The notes under the pieces were generated by a model that was given only the letters and a program-made list of their open reading frames with translations, had not been told where the DNA came from and made no database searches. Shown here piece after piece: positions 1 through 9,871 of a stretch of 64,000 nt of DNA. The stretch spans positions 32,001 through 96,000 of the forward strand of contig CAWDML010000005.1 in assembly GCA_963803435.1 (NCBI GenBank), in the 5' to 3' direction. The DNA is from an uncultured delta proteobacterium (GTDB lineage: Bacteria > Myxococcota > Kuafuiibacteriia > Kuafuiibacteriales > Kuafuiibacteriaceae). The position numbers were made by a program, and so were the translations under genes. Positions within the stretch are counted from its first letter, which is position 1, and the number at the start of each line of letters is the position of its first letter.

Positions 1-98
1 CGAAGTCGGATGGCTCGAAACCCGAGAACGCGCCCCCACTTCCGATCGCTCCGAGGTTTCCGGCCATGACGGGCGGCGCACGCTAGCAGCGGCCGGTT

Positions 99-1164
99 TC
101 AGGCGTCAACCGGAACACGGTAGAAGCGGGGTTGCGCGCGCAGCGCTTCCGGGGTGCGAGCGCCGACGCCGAAGAGCGCGGCCCGGATCTCCATGATGGT
201 GGTCTCGAGGAAGGCCACGACGGCCTCGTCTCCCTCCACGGCCGCGCGCAGCACCGGCGACGCCATGCCCGCCAGGGTCGCGCCGAGCGCCAAGCTCTTC
301 GCCACCTCGAGCCCCGACCGCACGCCCCCCGACGCGATCAGCGGCAGATCGAGGGTCGCCCGTCGGACCTCGACGATCGACTCCGGCGTGGTCAACCCCC
401 AGGACGCGAACGTTCGGCCCATGGCGTGGTGCCGGTCCGAGGCCGCCACGCGGCCCTCCACCAGCGTCCAGCTGGTGCCGCCGCCGCCCGCGCAGTCGAT
501 CCCGGAGACACCAGCATCGACGAGGCGACGCGCCTGCCCTTCGGGGATGCCGAACCCGACCTCACGCGCGAACACCGGCACGCCGTTGCTCCGGGCGAAG
601 GCGTTGCACACCTCCTCGATCGCCGACAACACGCCCTTCCAGTTGGTGTCGCCGCCCTCCTGCACCACCTCCTGCATCGCGTTGAGGTGGAGGTAGAGCG
701 CATCGGCCTCGATCATCTCCACCGCTCGCTGGGCGTGGGAGGCGTCGTAGCCCTTGACCAGCTGGATGGCGCCGAGGTTGGCGAAGAGCGGAATCGTCGG
801 CGCGACGTCCCGCACCTTGAAGTCCTTCGCGCGCGACTCGACCTCAAGGGCGACCCGCTGCGAGCCGACACCGAACGGAATGCCGACGGCCTCCGCAGCG
901 GCGGCCATGCGGCGGTTCGAGATCTCCGCCCTTCTGCAGCCCGCCGGTCATGGGTGACACCATCAGCGGCGCGGAGATCGGTTTACCGAGGAACGTCAGG
1001 GCCAGCTCCACCTCCGAGAGATCGATCTCGGGGAGCGTCGCCGGCGAGAACCGCAAGCGCTCGAAGGTCAGCGCACCTGGACGTGCGTCCGCTCGGACCT
1101 CGCTGCCGCCGTCGAGCGCGGCATCGATGTGCGCGAGCTTGTCCTCAATCCGGCGGAGCGACAT
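99..1164 (-). CDS. fni: Type 2 (FMN-dependent) isopentenyl-diphosphate delta-isomerase, split by a +1 frameshift near 918-924 (probably a sequencing error)
   Basis: ORFs 844..1164 (K-x-x-H start, LPEID, SPMTGG) and 99..908 (GVGSQR, ANLGA, HLNAMQE, EVGFG, GGGGTSW, IASGGVRSG) join into a full IDI-2 if one base is removed (GGDLNRRMAAAAE). Confidence 0.88.
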
Positions 1165-1195
1165 CGCGGCACGGTCGAGCCCGCAAGTGCCGAGG

Positions 1196-2290
1196 TCAAG
1201 TCAAAAAGAGGGCGCCGCCCTCGACGCGATAGATCCGCGCGGAGAGCGCCGCCGGTTCCTGCGTGCTCGTCAGGACCACCTGCCCCTCGAGCTGGCTGAC
1301 GGAGCGGAACAGTTGCTCCGAGCGCTCCGCGTCGAGCTCGGAGGACATGTCGTCGAGCAGGAGCACGGGCGGCTCACCGAGCCGATCCGCCAGGAACGTG
1401 AGCTCGGCGAGCTTCAGCGCCAGGACGATCGCGCGGTGCTGGCCCTGCGAGGCGCGCTCCTTGATCGCAGTGCCGTCGAGCGTGAACACCAAGTCGTCGA
1501 GGTGCGGCCCGATCGACGTGGTCCTTCGCCGGCGATCGCTCGGACGGCGGTCGAGGAGACGCTGTAGAAAGGCGTCCCGGGTCGCCTCCTCCGAGGTCGC
1601 GTCGAGCCCCTCGGCGAGGGAGGCGTCGTACACGATCCGGAGCGCCGGCGCCGGCTGCGCGATCCGCTCGAAGTGCCGCACGAGCCTGGGCGTGATCTCC
1701 TCGACGTACTGTGCGCGAGCCACGGCAATCGCGGCGCCTTCCTGCGCGATCACGCGATCGAAAGCGTCGACCATCTCGTCCGGCCCGTCGTCGATCAGAA
1801 CGCGGTTGCGGTCCTTCACCGCGCGCCCGTAACGCAAGGCACGTTGCAAATAGGACGGCCGGAGATCGAGGAGCGCGCGATCGAGGAACCGCCGGCGACC
1901 GTCCGGGCTCCCCTTGCCCAGCGAGAGATCGTCGGGCGTGAATGCCACCGCCACGAACGTCCCAATGAACGCCGTCGCCTCGCATGCCTTATCATCCTTC
2001 TCCAGCGTCCGGCTCCGACCTTCCAGCTCGAGCGCCAGCGTGTGGACGAGACCCGTGTCGGCGCGCTCGACGCGAACCTCGACGCGGGCGCGCTCGTCCC
2101 CGGCGCGGATCAGCGCACGACGGGGGACGTTGCGGAGCGGCCGTAGGGCGGCGATCGAGTACAGCGCCTCGAGGGCGTTCGTCTTGCCCTGCCCGTTCGG
2201 CCCGACCAGCGCGGTGAAGTGGGGAGCGAGCTCGAGCTCCGCCTCCGCGATGTTGCGAAAGCCTCGAAGGCGGGCGTGCTGGAGTCGCAT
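1196..2290 (-). CDS. recF: DNA replication and repair protein RecF
   Basis: GFRN, Walker A GPNGQGKTN, GPHLDD, SQGQHR, LLLDD-x-x-SELD; directly downstream of dnaN. Confidence 0.97.
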   Translation of the reverse strand: MRLQHARLRGFRNIAEAELELAPHFTALVGPNGQGKTNALEALYSIAALRPLRNVPRRALIRAGDERARVEVRVERADTGLVHTLALELEGRSRTLEKDDKACEATAFIGTFVAVAFTPDDLSLGKGSPDGRRRFLDRALLDLRPSYLQRALRYGRAVKDRNRVLIDDGPDEMVDAFDRVIAQEGAAIAVARAQYVEEITPRLVRHFERIAQPAPALRIVYDASLAEGLDATSEEATRDAFLQRLLDRRPSDRRRRTTSIGPHLDDLVFTLDGTAIKERASQGQHRAIVLALKLAELTFLADRLGEPPVLLLDDMSSELDAERSEQLFRSVSQLEGQVVLTSTQEPAALSARIYRVEGGALFLT

Positions 2291-3400
2291 TCAGATCCGC
2301 ATCGGCATGATGACGGCGCGATAGCCTTCGCTGCCGACGCCCCGGAGAACGCCGGGCGACAGCTCGTCGGTGAGCTCGAGCTCGACCTGGTCCTCGCCGA
2401 TGGTGGTGAGGACGTCCGAGATGTAGCGGAAGTTGAACCCGATCTTGAGCGGCTCGCCGCCGTAGTCGACCTCGATCTCCTCGCGCGCCTCGCCGAGGTC
2501 CGGGTTGTTGGCGGACAGCGAGAGCGTGCTCTCGGCCAGGTCGAAGCGGACGCCCTGCGCCTTGTCGGGAGACAAGAGCGAGGTTCGCTTGAGCGCGTCG
2601 GCGAGGGCCTGGCGCACCACCCGCACGCGGCGCGACGAGGCGGTCGGGATGACCTGCTGGTAGTCGGGGAAGCGGCCGTCGACGAGGCGCATCGTGAGCG
2701 TGATGCCCTCCTTCTCGAAGACCGCGCTGTTTTCGACGAAGCCCAGACGCCCGCCCTCGCCGCCTTCGTCGATCAGCTTGCGTAGCTCGACCAGACCCTT
2801 GCGCGGGATGATCACGCCCTCCTTCATGATGGGCGCCTCGGACGTGGGACGCTCGACGACCGCGAGGCGGTGGCCGTCGGTCGCAACCATTCGGATCCCA
2901 GGCGAGCCGCTCACGGGCTCGCAGAAAACGCCCGTGAGGTTGTAGCGCGTCTCATCGGTGGAGACGGCGTAGAGCGTCTTGTCGATCATCTCGCGGAACT
3001 TCTGCGGCTCGAGGGTGAAGAACGCGACGTCCTCGAAGGTCGGTAGCGACGGGAAGCTCTCCGGGGCCATGCCAACGACTCGGTACTTGACCTTGCCGCA
3101 CGCGATCTCGACCCATTGGTTCGCGGTCTGCTTGAGGGTCACGGTCTTCTCGGGAAGCGAGCGAACGATGTCGTAGAGCGCCTTGGCGCCGAGGGTCATC
3201 GCACCGGGCTTGTCGATCTGCGCGTCGTAGTCCGCGACGAGACCAATCTCGAGATCCGTCGCGGCGACGACGATCTTGTCCTTGCCCTTCGACTTGATGA
3301 GGGCATTGGCGAGAATCGGCATGGTGGTCTTCTTTTCCACGATGCCCTGGACGCGCTGGAGCGCCTTGACGAGCTCCGGGACGCGGATGGTTAGCTCCAT
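2291..3400 (-). CDS. dnaN: DNA polymerase III beta sliding clamp
   Basis: ATDLE, STDETRYNLTG, VATDGHRL, GRFPDY, C-terminal VIMPMRI; 369 aa. Confidence 0.98.
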   Translation of the reverse strand: MELTIRVPELVKALQRVQGIVEKKTTMPILANALIKSKGKDKIVVAATDLEIGLVADYDAQIDKPGAMTLGAKALYDIVRSLPEKTVTLKQTANQWVEIACGKVKYRVVGMAPESFPSLPTFEDVAFFTLEPQKFREMIDKTLYAVSTDETRYNLTGVFCEPVSGSPGIRMVATDGHRLAVVERPTSEAPIMKEGVIIPRKGLVELRKLIDEGGEGGRLGFVENSAVFEKEGITLTMRLVDGRFPDYQQVIPTASSRRVRVVRQALADALKRTSLLSPDKAQGVRFDLAESTLSLSANNPDLGEAREEIEVDYGGEPLKIGFNFRYISDVLTTIGEDQVELELTDELSPGVLRGVGSEGYRAVIMPMRI

Positions 3401-3419
3401 GGCTTCGGCCTCCGTGAAG

Positions 3420-3650
3420 AAGAGGATCTCTCTAAGATCCAGATCAGTATTCGTAATAGGTCCTGTGAATTGTGTGAGACGCGACCTAAGTCCTGAGGAC
3501 GCGGCAGAATCCGACGCCCATCTGCCCTGTGGGTGGGAGACCGGCGACCTGTGTCGGATTTTGAGAGCCCGAGATCCTGATCACGTTCACAGATCCACCC
3601 ACAACTTGTTGGGCTCAATTCCCAGGGATCCACAATATGCTGTGTGTTGT
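3420..3650. other. Probable replication origin (oriC) between dnaA and dnaN
   Basis: DnaA-box-like 9-mers TGTGAATTG 3464-3472, ACGTTCACA 3583-3591, CAATTCCCA 3616-3624, GGATCCACA 3626-3634. On the minus strand CAATTCACA is followed by GGAC and a trio-like run CTA TTA CGA ATA CTG leading into an AT-richer stretch, matching the box + DnaA-trio layout. Confidence 0.75.
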
Positions 3651-3679
3651 GCGCTGCCACGCGAGTCAAGTCTCTCTTT

Positions 3680-5086
3680 TCACTCGCCCTGCAGCATCCG
3701 CTCGACCTCGTCCAGGGCGCGGCGGACCTCAGGGTCATCCATACGCTCCTTGATCCGGTTGAACGCGTTCAAGGCGGTGGTGTGATCCTTCCCTCCTAGC
3801 GCGTTTCCGATCTCGGGATAAGACGCGCCCGTGTGCTTTCGGCAGAGGTACATCGCGAGCTGGCGGGGGAAGGCGATCGCCCGGCCGCGCTTGGTCGACT
3901 TGAGGTCGGCGACCTTCAGATCGAAGTAGGTGGCGACGTGCTTCACGATCACGTCGCAAGTGAGCTTGCTCTTCCCGGGCATGACGTCCTTGAGGACGCT
4001 GCGGGCGAGCTCGATCGTGATGGGTTGGTTCGTGAGGGAGGCGTAGGCGCTCACGCGGATCAGGCAGCCCTCGAGCTCGCGCACGTTCGATCGTACGGAC
4101 TGGGCGATGAACATCGCCACGTCGTTGTCGAGGTCGATCCCGTCGGTCTCGGCCTTCTTCTTGACGATCGCGACGCGGGTCTCGAGCTCCGGCGGCTGAA
4201 GGTCGACGATCAGGCCCCACTGAAATCGGGTCCGGACGCGCTCCTCGAGGTCCTTGATCTCGTGGGGCAGCTTGTCCGAGGTGACCACGACCTGCTTGCG
4301 GGCGTCGTAGAGGGCATTGAACGTGTGGAAGAACTCGGCCTGGCAGGCCTCCTTGCCGGAGATGAACTGGATGTCGTCGATGATGAGGACGTCGACCGCG
4401 CGATAGACGGATCGGATCTCGTCCATCCGCTCGAACCGGATCCCTTGGATCACGTCGTTCACGAACTGCTCGGTGGTCTGGTACACGATGCGTGAGGCGG
4501 GCTCCTTCTCCAGGATGAAGTGGCCGATCGCCTGGGCCAGGTGTGTCTTGCCCAGCCCCACCCGGCCGAAGACGAACAGCGGGTTGTAGGCGGTCCCAGG
4601 GTTCTCGGCGACGGTCTGGGCGGCGGCCGCCGCGAGCTGATTCGATGGGCCGGTGACGAACGTCGAGAAGGTGTAGCGCTCGTTCATGGGCGTCGCCGGG
4701 ACCGTGGTGCCGAGCGGAGGATGGGACGGGGCCGGGGCAGGCGTGCGCGAGGGGGTGGCGCGGGGTCCGGCGCTGTAGCTCGAAGGGGTCGGGGGCAGGC
4801 TGTCGTCCGCGGGGTCCGGGTGCGGAATGGCCTCTCCGGGCTCGTCGAGCTGCAGATCCAGCGCGATCGTTTCGTCCACCTTCCGAAGCTCCTCCTCGAG
4901 GACGTGGCGGTAGTGATTGTTCACCCAGTCGAGGCTGAACATGTTCGGCAGGCCGATGACCAGGCTCTTGCCGTCGTCCTGGAGACAGCTCATCTGCCGC
5001 ACCCAGGTGGCGTAGGCCTGTTCGCTCAGTCGATGCCGGAGCGCAATCTTGAGTTGTGTCCAGGAGCCAGACGCGTCGTGCTGCAA
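3680..5086 (-). CDS. dnaA: Chromosomal replication initiator DnaA
   Basis: YTFSTFVTGPSN, YNPLF, GLGKTHL, IDDIQF, EFFHTFN, NVRELEG, GKDHTT. Start reassigned to TTG at 5086 behind a GGGGAG RBS. Confidence 0.97.
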   Translation of the reverse strand: MQHDASGSWTQLKIALRHRLSEQAYATWVRQMSCLQDDGKSLVIGLPNMFSLDWVNNHYRHVLEEELRKVDETIALDLQLDEPGEAIPHPDPADDSLPPTPSSYSAGPRATPSRTPAPAPSHPPLGTTVPATPMNERYTFSTFVTGPSNQLAAAAAQTVAENPGTAYNPLFVFGRVGLGKTHLAQAIGHFILEKEPASRIVYQTTEQFVNDVIQGIRFERMDEIRSVYRAVDVLIIDDIQFISGKEACQAEFFHTFNALYDARKQVVVTSDKLPHEIKDLEERVRTRFQWGLIVDLQPPELETRVAIVKKKAETDGIDLDNDVAMFIAQSVRSNVRELEGCLIRVSAYASLTNQPITIELARSVLKDVMPGKSKLTCDVIVKHVATYFDLKVADLKSTKRGRAIAFPRQLAMYLCRKHTGASYPEIGNALGGKDHTTALNAFNRIKERMDDPEVRRALDEVERMLQGE

Positions 5087-5207
5087 GGTTCTCTCCCCGA
5101 CGAGGTATGAGGGACCGCGGACCGTAGCCGGGTTGGGCGGACCATGCAACCCGGAGGATCGGCGATCCGCGCGCGGGTCGTGAAAGCGTTCCTCCTCCCG
5201 GTTGTCC

Positions 5208-5213
5208 TTGACA
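5208..5213 (+). promoter_or_regulatory. Possible sigma70 -35 element for the rpmH operon
   Basis: Perfect TTGACA ~55 bp upstream of rpmH; no convincing -10 at canonical spacing. Confidence 0.3.
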
Positions 5214-5266
5214 GCGGTGCGCCGGGTATGGGGAGAAGGTCGTCCTTTGCTCGGAGGAGCGGATCG

Positions 5267-5416
5267 ATGAAGCGCACGTACCAACCCCACAACCTCCGGC
5301 GGCTGCGCAAGCACGGCTTTCGCGCGCGCATGGCCACCAAGAACGGACGGCGCGTCCTGGCCGCGCGACGCCTCAAGGGGCGGAAGCGACTGACCCCGTC
5401 GATCTACAAGAAGTAG
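5267..5416 (+). CDS. rpmH: 50S ribosomal protein L34
   Basis: MKRTYQP...[20 protein letters not shown]; GGAGGA RBS. Confidence 0.98.
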   Translation: MKRTYQPHNLRRLRKHGFRARMATKNGRRVLAARRLKGRKRLTPSIYKK

Positions 5417-5427
5417 CTCGTGCGATC

Positions 5428-5835
5428 GTGGCCGAGCCGCGCCACGCGCCGATCCTCGAACGCGGCGGGAAGCTCGGGCGGTCGGCCCGGGTTCGACGCC
5501 AGTGGGAATTCCGGCGAATTCATCAGAAGGGCGTGCGTGTTCACACACTGCACTTCACCGTGATTGCCCATCCGACGCTGGCCGAGAATGGTGCGCGGAT
5601 CGGGACGGCGATCAGCCGCAAGGTTGGTCGCGCGGTGATACGGAATCGAGTTCGACGGCTGATCAAGGAAGTGTTTCGTAGACTGCGAGAGGAGCTTCCG
5701 GCGGCGGACCTGGTGGTGATCGCCAAGCCGAAAGCGAAGGATGTGGGAGAGCTCGGTTTTGCCGGTATGGCCGAGGAGTTGGCCCCTGCGCTGACGGCCG
5801 CGGCGAAGCGGGCCGTCCCCGAGGGATCGCGATGA
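5428..5835 (+). CDS. rnpA: Ribonuclease P protein component
   Basis: [21 protein letters not shown] motif; conserved position after rpmH. Confidence 0.95.
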   Translation: MAEPRHAPILERGGKLGRSARVRRQWEFRRIHQKGVRVHTLHFTVIAHPTLAENGARIGTAISRKVGRAVIRNRVRRLIKEVFRRLREELPAADLVVIAKPKAKDVGELGFAGMAEELAPALTAAAKRAVPEGSR

Positions 5836-6062
5836 CGCCCTCTATCCTGGCTCGAGGGCTGATGCTCCTGGTGCGTGTGTATCAAGTGACGCTCTCCCCG
5901 ATCTTGATGCTTCTCGGAGCCCGCTGCCGTTTCCATCCCACCTGCAGTGCGTACGCACTCGAAGTGATCCGAAAGGACGGAGCGCTCAAAGGCTCGATAC
6001 GAGCGGCCGGCCGACTTTTGCGTTGCCACCCCCTGCATCCCGGTGGCTTCGATCCGCCCTGA
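5832..6062 (+). CDS. yidD: Membrane protein insertion efficiency factor YidD
   Basis: [23 protein letters not shown]. Confidence 0.96.
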   Translation: MTPSILARGLMLLVRVYQVTLSPILMLLGARCRFHPTCSAYALEVIRKDGALKGSIRAAGRLLRCHPLHPGGFDPP

Positions 6063-6074
6063 GCCGAGAGTGAG

Positions 6075-7808
6075 ATGGAAGAAGAATCCCAAAACAAGCG
6101 ACTGATCTTGGCGGCCGGCCTGTGCCTCTTGGTGATGCTGATCTGGCCGTACGTCTTCCCGCCGCCCAAGAAGCCGTACGCCCATCCGAAGGATGGTGGC
6201 GCGGTCGCCACCGCGACCACCACTGAGACCGGTGAGCCGGTCGCGACCAGCACCAAGGCGACCCGGCCGCCGATCAAGACGATCGCCCAGCGCGACGTGC
6301 CGCTGTCGAGCTACCACTTCACCGGCTCCGTCGATTACGACGGTCAACCCCATCCCTACGAGGTCACGCTCACCAACGCCGGCGCGGGTGTCGAACAGTG
6401 GGCCCTTCCGAGCTACAAGGAGCGCGACAAGGACAACCGCCCCACCGACCAACCGATCCAGCTCGCCGATCCCGTCACCGCCCTCCCCCCCGACCAGGCG
6501 GCCTTCCTCCAGATGGCCGGCATTCGCTTCCTCGACGGCACCACGTTCGAGACGCCCGACCTGATGATGTTCGAGGTCGTCGCTCAGACGGACAAGAGCA
6601 TCACCTATCGCTACGTCACCCCGGACGGGGTGGAGATCGAACGCTACTACGAGTTCAAGCCCGACAACTTCGTGGTGGAGATGGCGGTGACGGTCAGGAA
6701 CAACTCGTCGAAGCCGCAGACGCATCGGCTCGAGATCGGTGCGGCCCTCATGGCGAGCGACGCCATGAAGCGGGGGCACGGCTTCTTCTCCATGTTCATC
6801 CCGCCGCCGGACCACCTGGAGCGGCTCTGCTACCACGACGGCAGCGTCGAGCGGCACCGCGGGCTCAAGGAGGAGACCGAGACGCACAAGGACGGCGTCC
6901 AGTGGATCGCGGTCGACCGGCAGTACTTCACGGCCGCGGTGGTGGCGCGGGATCGAGAGGTCGCCGAGTGCCGGCTCGAGGTGAAGGGCGACGTGGCTCG
7001 GGCCTCGCTCGTCACCCCGAGCGAGACCCTCCAACCCGGCGGCGAGAAGCGCCACAAGTTCACGGCCTACATCGGGGTGAAGAAGCCGGCGCTCCTGACG
7101 CAGATCGGGTCGAACCTCGAGAGCGCCATCGACTACAAGATCCTGGGCCTGAACCTGGCGCCCGTCTGCACCGCGCTCCTCTGGATCCTGTCCCTGTTCC
7201 ACCGCTGGACCGCGTCCTGGGGCCTCGCGATCCTGGGCCTGACCGTGATGGTGAAGCTGATCCTGTTCCCGCTGAATCAGCGGCAGGGTCGATCCATGCG
7301 CGCCGTCTCGGCCCTGAAGCCGCAGATGGACGGGATCCGCGAGAGGTTCAAGGACGACAAGCAGCGTCAGAGCGAGGAGATGATGCGGCTGTACCGGGAG
7401 CACAACGTCAACCCGGCCGGCGGCTGTCTCCCGATGCTCATCCAGATGCCGATCTGGTTTGCGCTCTATCGGTCGCTGTGGGTGTCCGTCGACCTCTACC
7501 AGCAGGGCTTCCTATGGATCGACGACCTCACCACCCGGGACCCGTTCTGGATCCTCCCGGTTGCGCTGGTGATCGTCATGTTCCTCCAGCAGCGCATGAC
7601 GCCGACGACCATGGATCCGGCCCAGCAGAAGATGATGCAGTACACCATGCCGCTGCTCTTCGGGGCGATGATGACCGCCCTGCCCGCCGGGCTCTGCTTC
7701 TACATCTTGGTCAACACGCTGTTGACCATCGTCCAGCAGCACTTTATCAACAGATCGATTGGACCCCTGGGGGTCCCACCCGCAGCCGCGCCGGGGGCGA
7801 AAGCTTAA
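6075..7808 (+). CDS. yidC: Membrane protein insertase YidC
   Basis: N-terminal TM, periplasmic domain, SWGLAI, NPAGGCLPMLIQMPIW, FLWIDDL, PAGLCFY. Confidence 0.97.
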   Translation: MEEESQNKRLILAAGLCLLVMLIWPYVFPPPKKPYAHPKDGGAVATATTTETGEPVATSTKATRPPIKTIAQRDVPLSSYHFTGSVDYDGQPHPYEVTLTNAGAGVEQWALPSYKERDKDNRPTDQPIQLADPVTALPPDQAAFLQMAGIRFLDGTTFETPDLMMFEVVAQTDKSITYRYVTPDGVEIERYYEFKPDNFVVEMAVTVRNNSSKPQTHRLEIGAALMASDAMKRGHGFFSMFIPPPDHLERLCYHDGSVERHRGLKEETETHKDGVQWIAVDRQYFTAAVVARDREVAECRLEVKGDVARASLVTPSETLQPGGEKRHKFTAYIGVKKPALLTQIGSNLESAIDYKILGLNLAPVCTALLWILSLFHRWTASWGLAILGLTVMVKLILFPLNQRQGRSMRAVSALKPQMDGIRERFKDDKQRQSEEMMRLYREHNVNPAGGCLPMLIQMPIWFALYRSLWVSVDLYQQGFLWIDDLTTRDPFWILPVALVIVMFLQQRMTPTTMDPAQQKMMQYTMPLLFGAMMTALPAGLCFYILVNTLLTIVQQHFINRSIGPLGVPPAAAPGAKA

Positions 7809-7884
7809 GGCTCCACCGGTTTCGGGCAAAACCATCGAGAGGTCCCCACCAACGGTTGGGTGCGTGCTCGAGAGAGCGAGGGGC

Positions 7885-8841
7885 GTGTTGTCGAACACCA
7901 TCGAATTTGAAGGGCGAACGGAACAGGAAGCCGTGGCGAAGGCGTGCTCGGCGCTGAAGCTTCCCGAGGCGGACCTGGACTACACGATGCTCGACGAGGG
8001 CTCTGCGGGCGTCTTTGGTCTGGGGGCGCGACCGGTGCGGATCCGGGTGCGTGCACCGGCGGGGAGCGAGCGCATGGCGCCGTCCTCAGGCGACGGCGAG
8101 GACGACGATGAGCGCGGCGGGATCGTCGGGCCAGCCCCCGAGAAGGCCGCGAAGGCGCTCGAGGTGGCGAAGGGTCTGGCCAATCGCATGGGTCTTCACG
8201 CGACCATCACGGTGCGCGACGACAACGAGCAGATCGTCGTCGTCATCGAGGAGGCCGAGGGCGGAACGGACGTCGCGGAGACGCTGGGCAAGAGCCGTCC
8301 CCCCGCCATCCCGTCGTTCCAGTTCCTCCTCAACAAGATCGTGAATCGGTTTCCGCACGACCGAAAGCACATCATCGTCGAGGTGCCCTCGGTGCCGCGG
8401 AAGGAGCGGCGCGAACCTCGCCGGCAGGAGGCGCGCGAGACCCCGCGGGCCGAGCGTCCTCCGGTGGAGCTCGATCCGAACCTCGATCCGGCGCTGGTCG
8501 CCCTGGGCCGCTTCCTCGCGGAGCGGGCGCAGGAGGTCGGCAAGGTGATCACGGTGCATCCGATGCTCCCGTCGGATCGTCGCGCCGTACACCAGACGAT
8601 CATGTCGATCGGCGGCGTCCACACGATCTCCGAGGGCGAGGGGCTCTACCGCCGGATGCACGTGATTCCCGACGCGCTCAAGGATGCGGCGGGCGGAAAT
8701 GGAAAGCGGCGTCGCCGTCGGCGCCGGCGGGGTCGCGGGCGTGGCCGAGACGAGGGCGGTTCCGCCGAGAGCGGACCGTCCGAAGCGACCGAAGCCACCG
8801 AGCTGCAGGACTCGGCCGACAGCGAGTCGGTCGAGGCCTGA
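7885..8841 (+). CDS. jag: Jag/KhpB (EloR) family RNA-binding protein (Jag_N + R3H)
   Basis: EFEGRTEQEAV...GVFGLG Jag_N domain; PMLPSDRRAVH R3H motif and SEGEG; follows yidC. Start approximate. Confidence 0.85.
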   Translation: MLSNTIEFEGRTEQEAVAKACSALKLPEADLDYTMLDEGSAGVFGLGARPVRIRVRAPAGSERMAPSSGDGEDDDERGGIVGPAPEKAAKALEVAKGLANRMGLHATITVRDDNEQIVVVIEEAEGGTDVAETLGKSRPPAIPSFQFLLNKIVNRFPHDRKHIIVEVPSVPRKERREPRRQEARETPRAERPPVELDPNLDPALVALGRFLAERAQEVGKVITVHPMLPSDRRAVHQTIMSIGGVHTISEGEGLYRRMHVIPDALKDAAGGNGKRRRRRRRRGRGRGRDEGGSAESGPSEATEATELQDSADSESVEA

Positions 8842-8842
8842 G

Positions 8843-9049
8843 TTGCCCAAGCGGACCAAGGAACAACGACTGTTCGGCGCCGCGTGCCTCAAGCTGAAGC
8901 TCGAGGCCCGCGGCGGCGGTCCGAGTGAGATCTACGAGAGCACGCTGCAGGATCTGGACGTTACCGACGAAGAGGTCGACGTGTATCTCGCCGAGCACCG
9001 AGACATGGTACAAGCTGCACTCGACGCCCACGGCCAGCCTCGAAACTGA
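8843..9049 (+). CDS. Small hypothetical protein (~68 aa, TTG start)
   Basis: Fills the gap between jag and the next gene (1-bp and 10-bp spacers); host-like codon usage, helical protein-like sequence. Confidence 0.6.
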   Translation: MPKRTKEQRLFGAACLKLKLEARGGGPSEIYESTLQDLDVTDEEVDVYLAEHRDMVQAALDAHGQPRN

Positions 9050-9059
9050 GTCTCTCGCA

Positions 9060-9710
9060 ATGGCGGACGACAGCTACACGCTTCGGGAGGTCGCCGAGCT
9101 CCTCGGCGTGAGCAAGCGAACCCTCCAGCGCCGCATTCAGGAGGGCGCGTTCCCCAACCGATTCCTCAGCCCGGGCCGCCACGGGCTCGAGACCCGCATC
9201 GCCGCCGACGACGTCCGCCGCCTCCTGGACGATCTCCGGCGCCACGGCCGCGAGCAGCCCCGCACCACCGCGATGAGCGTCCGCCCCCAACCGCTCGATA
9301 GCCTCGTCCCCTCCTATGAACCCGCCCCGCTCGACCACATCTCCAGCGCGCCCATCGTCGAGAACGCCCTCACGCAGACGGACCTCGAGTCCCTCCGGGA
9401 CACGATGCTCACCGTCGTCCGGGAAGAGCGCGAGATGTTCCTCGCCGCGGTCCGTTCGGCCCTCACCCTCCGGGACCGCGGAATCGCCACGCTCAAGGAC
9501 GAGCTCGCCGACATGCGCACCCTCATAGAGAACGTCCGCGCTGGCGTCGACCGCCTCGAGCGCCGCGTCCGGAGCGACAGCCGCCGCGATCCCCTCAGCG
9601 TCGACGAGTGGGTCGACGCCCTCCGGCCCGCCGGCCCGGTCGACGTCGACGGCATCCTTGAAGAGCTCGGCGCGCTGGAGAGCATGCTCGGGGTTTTCGA
9701 AGACAACTGA
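9060..9710 (+). CDS. Excisionase/MerR-like HTH protein with C-terminal coiled coil
   Basis: YTLREVAELLGVSKRTLQRRIQEG is an HTH_17-type motif; followed by a Pro-rich linker and heptads IATLKDELADMRTLIENVRAGVDRLERRV. Confidence 0.8.
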   Translation: MADDSYTLREVAELLGVSKRTLQRRIQEGAFPNRFLSPGRHGLETRIAADDVRRLLDDLRRHGREQPRTTAMSVRPQPLDSLVPSYEPAPLDHISSAPIVENALTQTDLESLRDTMLTVVREEREMFLAAVRSALTLRDRGIATLKDELADMRTLIENVRAGVDRLERRVRSDSRRDPLSVDEWVDALRPAGPVDVDGILEELGALESMLGVFEDN

Positions 9711-9716
9711 AGGTGT

Positions 9717-9871
9717 TGTGGACGGATTGTGAATTGCGCTGTCTCGTGAGGGGAGTTGCTCGCGTAGGTTTCTGAAATTGTTTGTGAAACCGGCTTTCAC
9801 AGGCGGGGGCGACAATTCACAGGGGGAGTGGATAAATGCGAGGCGGCGTCCGCGGGGTTAGTGGTTCCACG
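9717..9871. promoter_or_regulatory. Second cluster of DnaA-box-like sites
   Basis: TGTGGACGG 9717, TGTGAATTG 9728, TGTGAAACC 9783, GCTTTCACA 9793, CAATTCACA 9813, AGTGGATAA 9827, GGTTCCACG 9863 within ~155 bp of locally AT-richer DNA. Confidence 0.7.

Noticed and set aside
5087-5548. N-terminal extension of DnaA in the ORF track (622 aa)
   Set aside because: Overlaps rpmH and rnpA on the other strand; a TTG start with a good RBS at 5086 gives a normal 468-aa DnaA.
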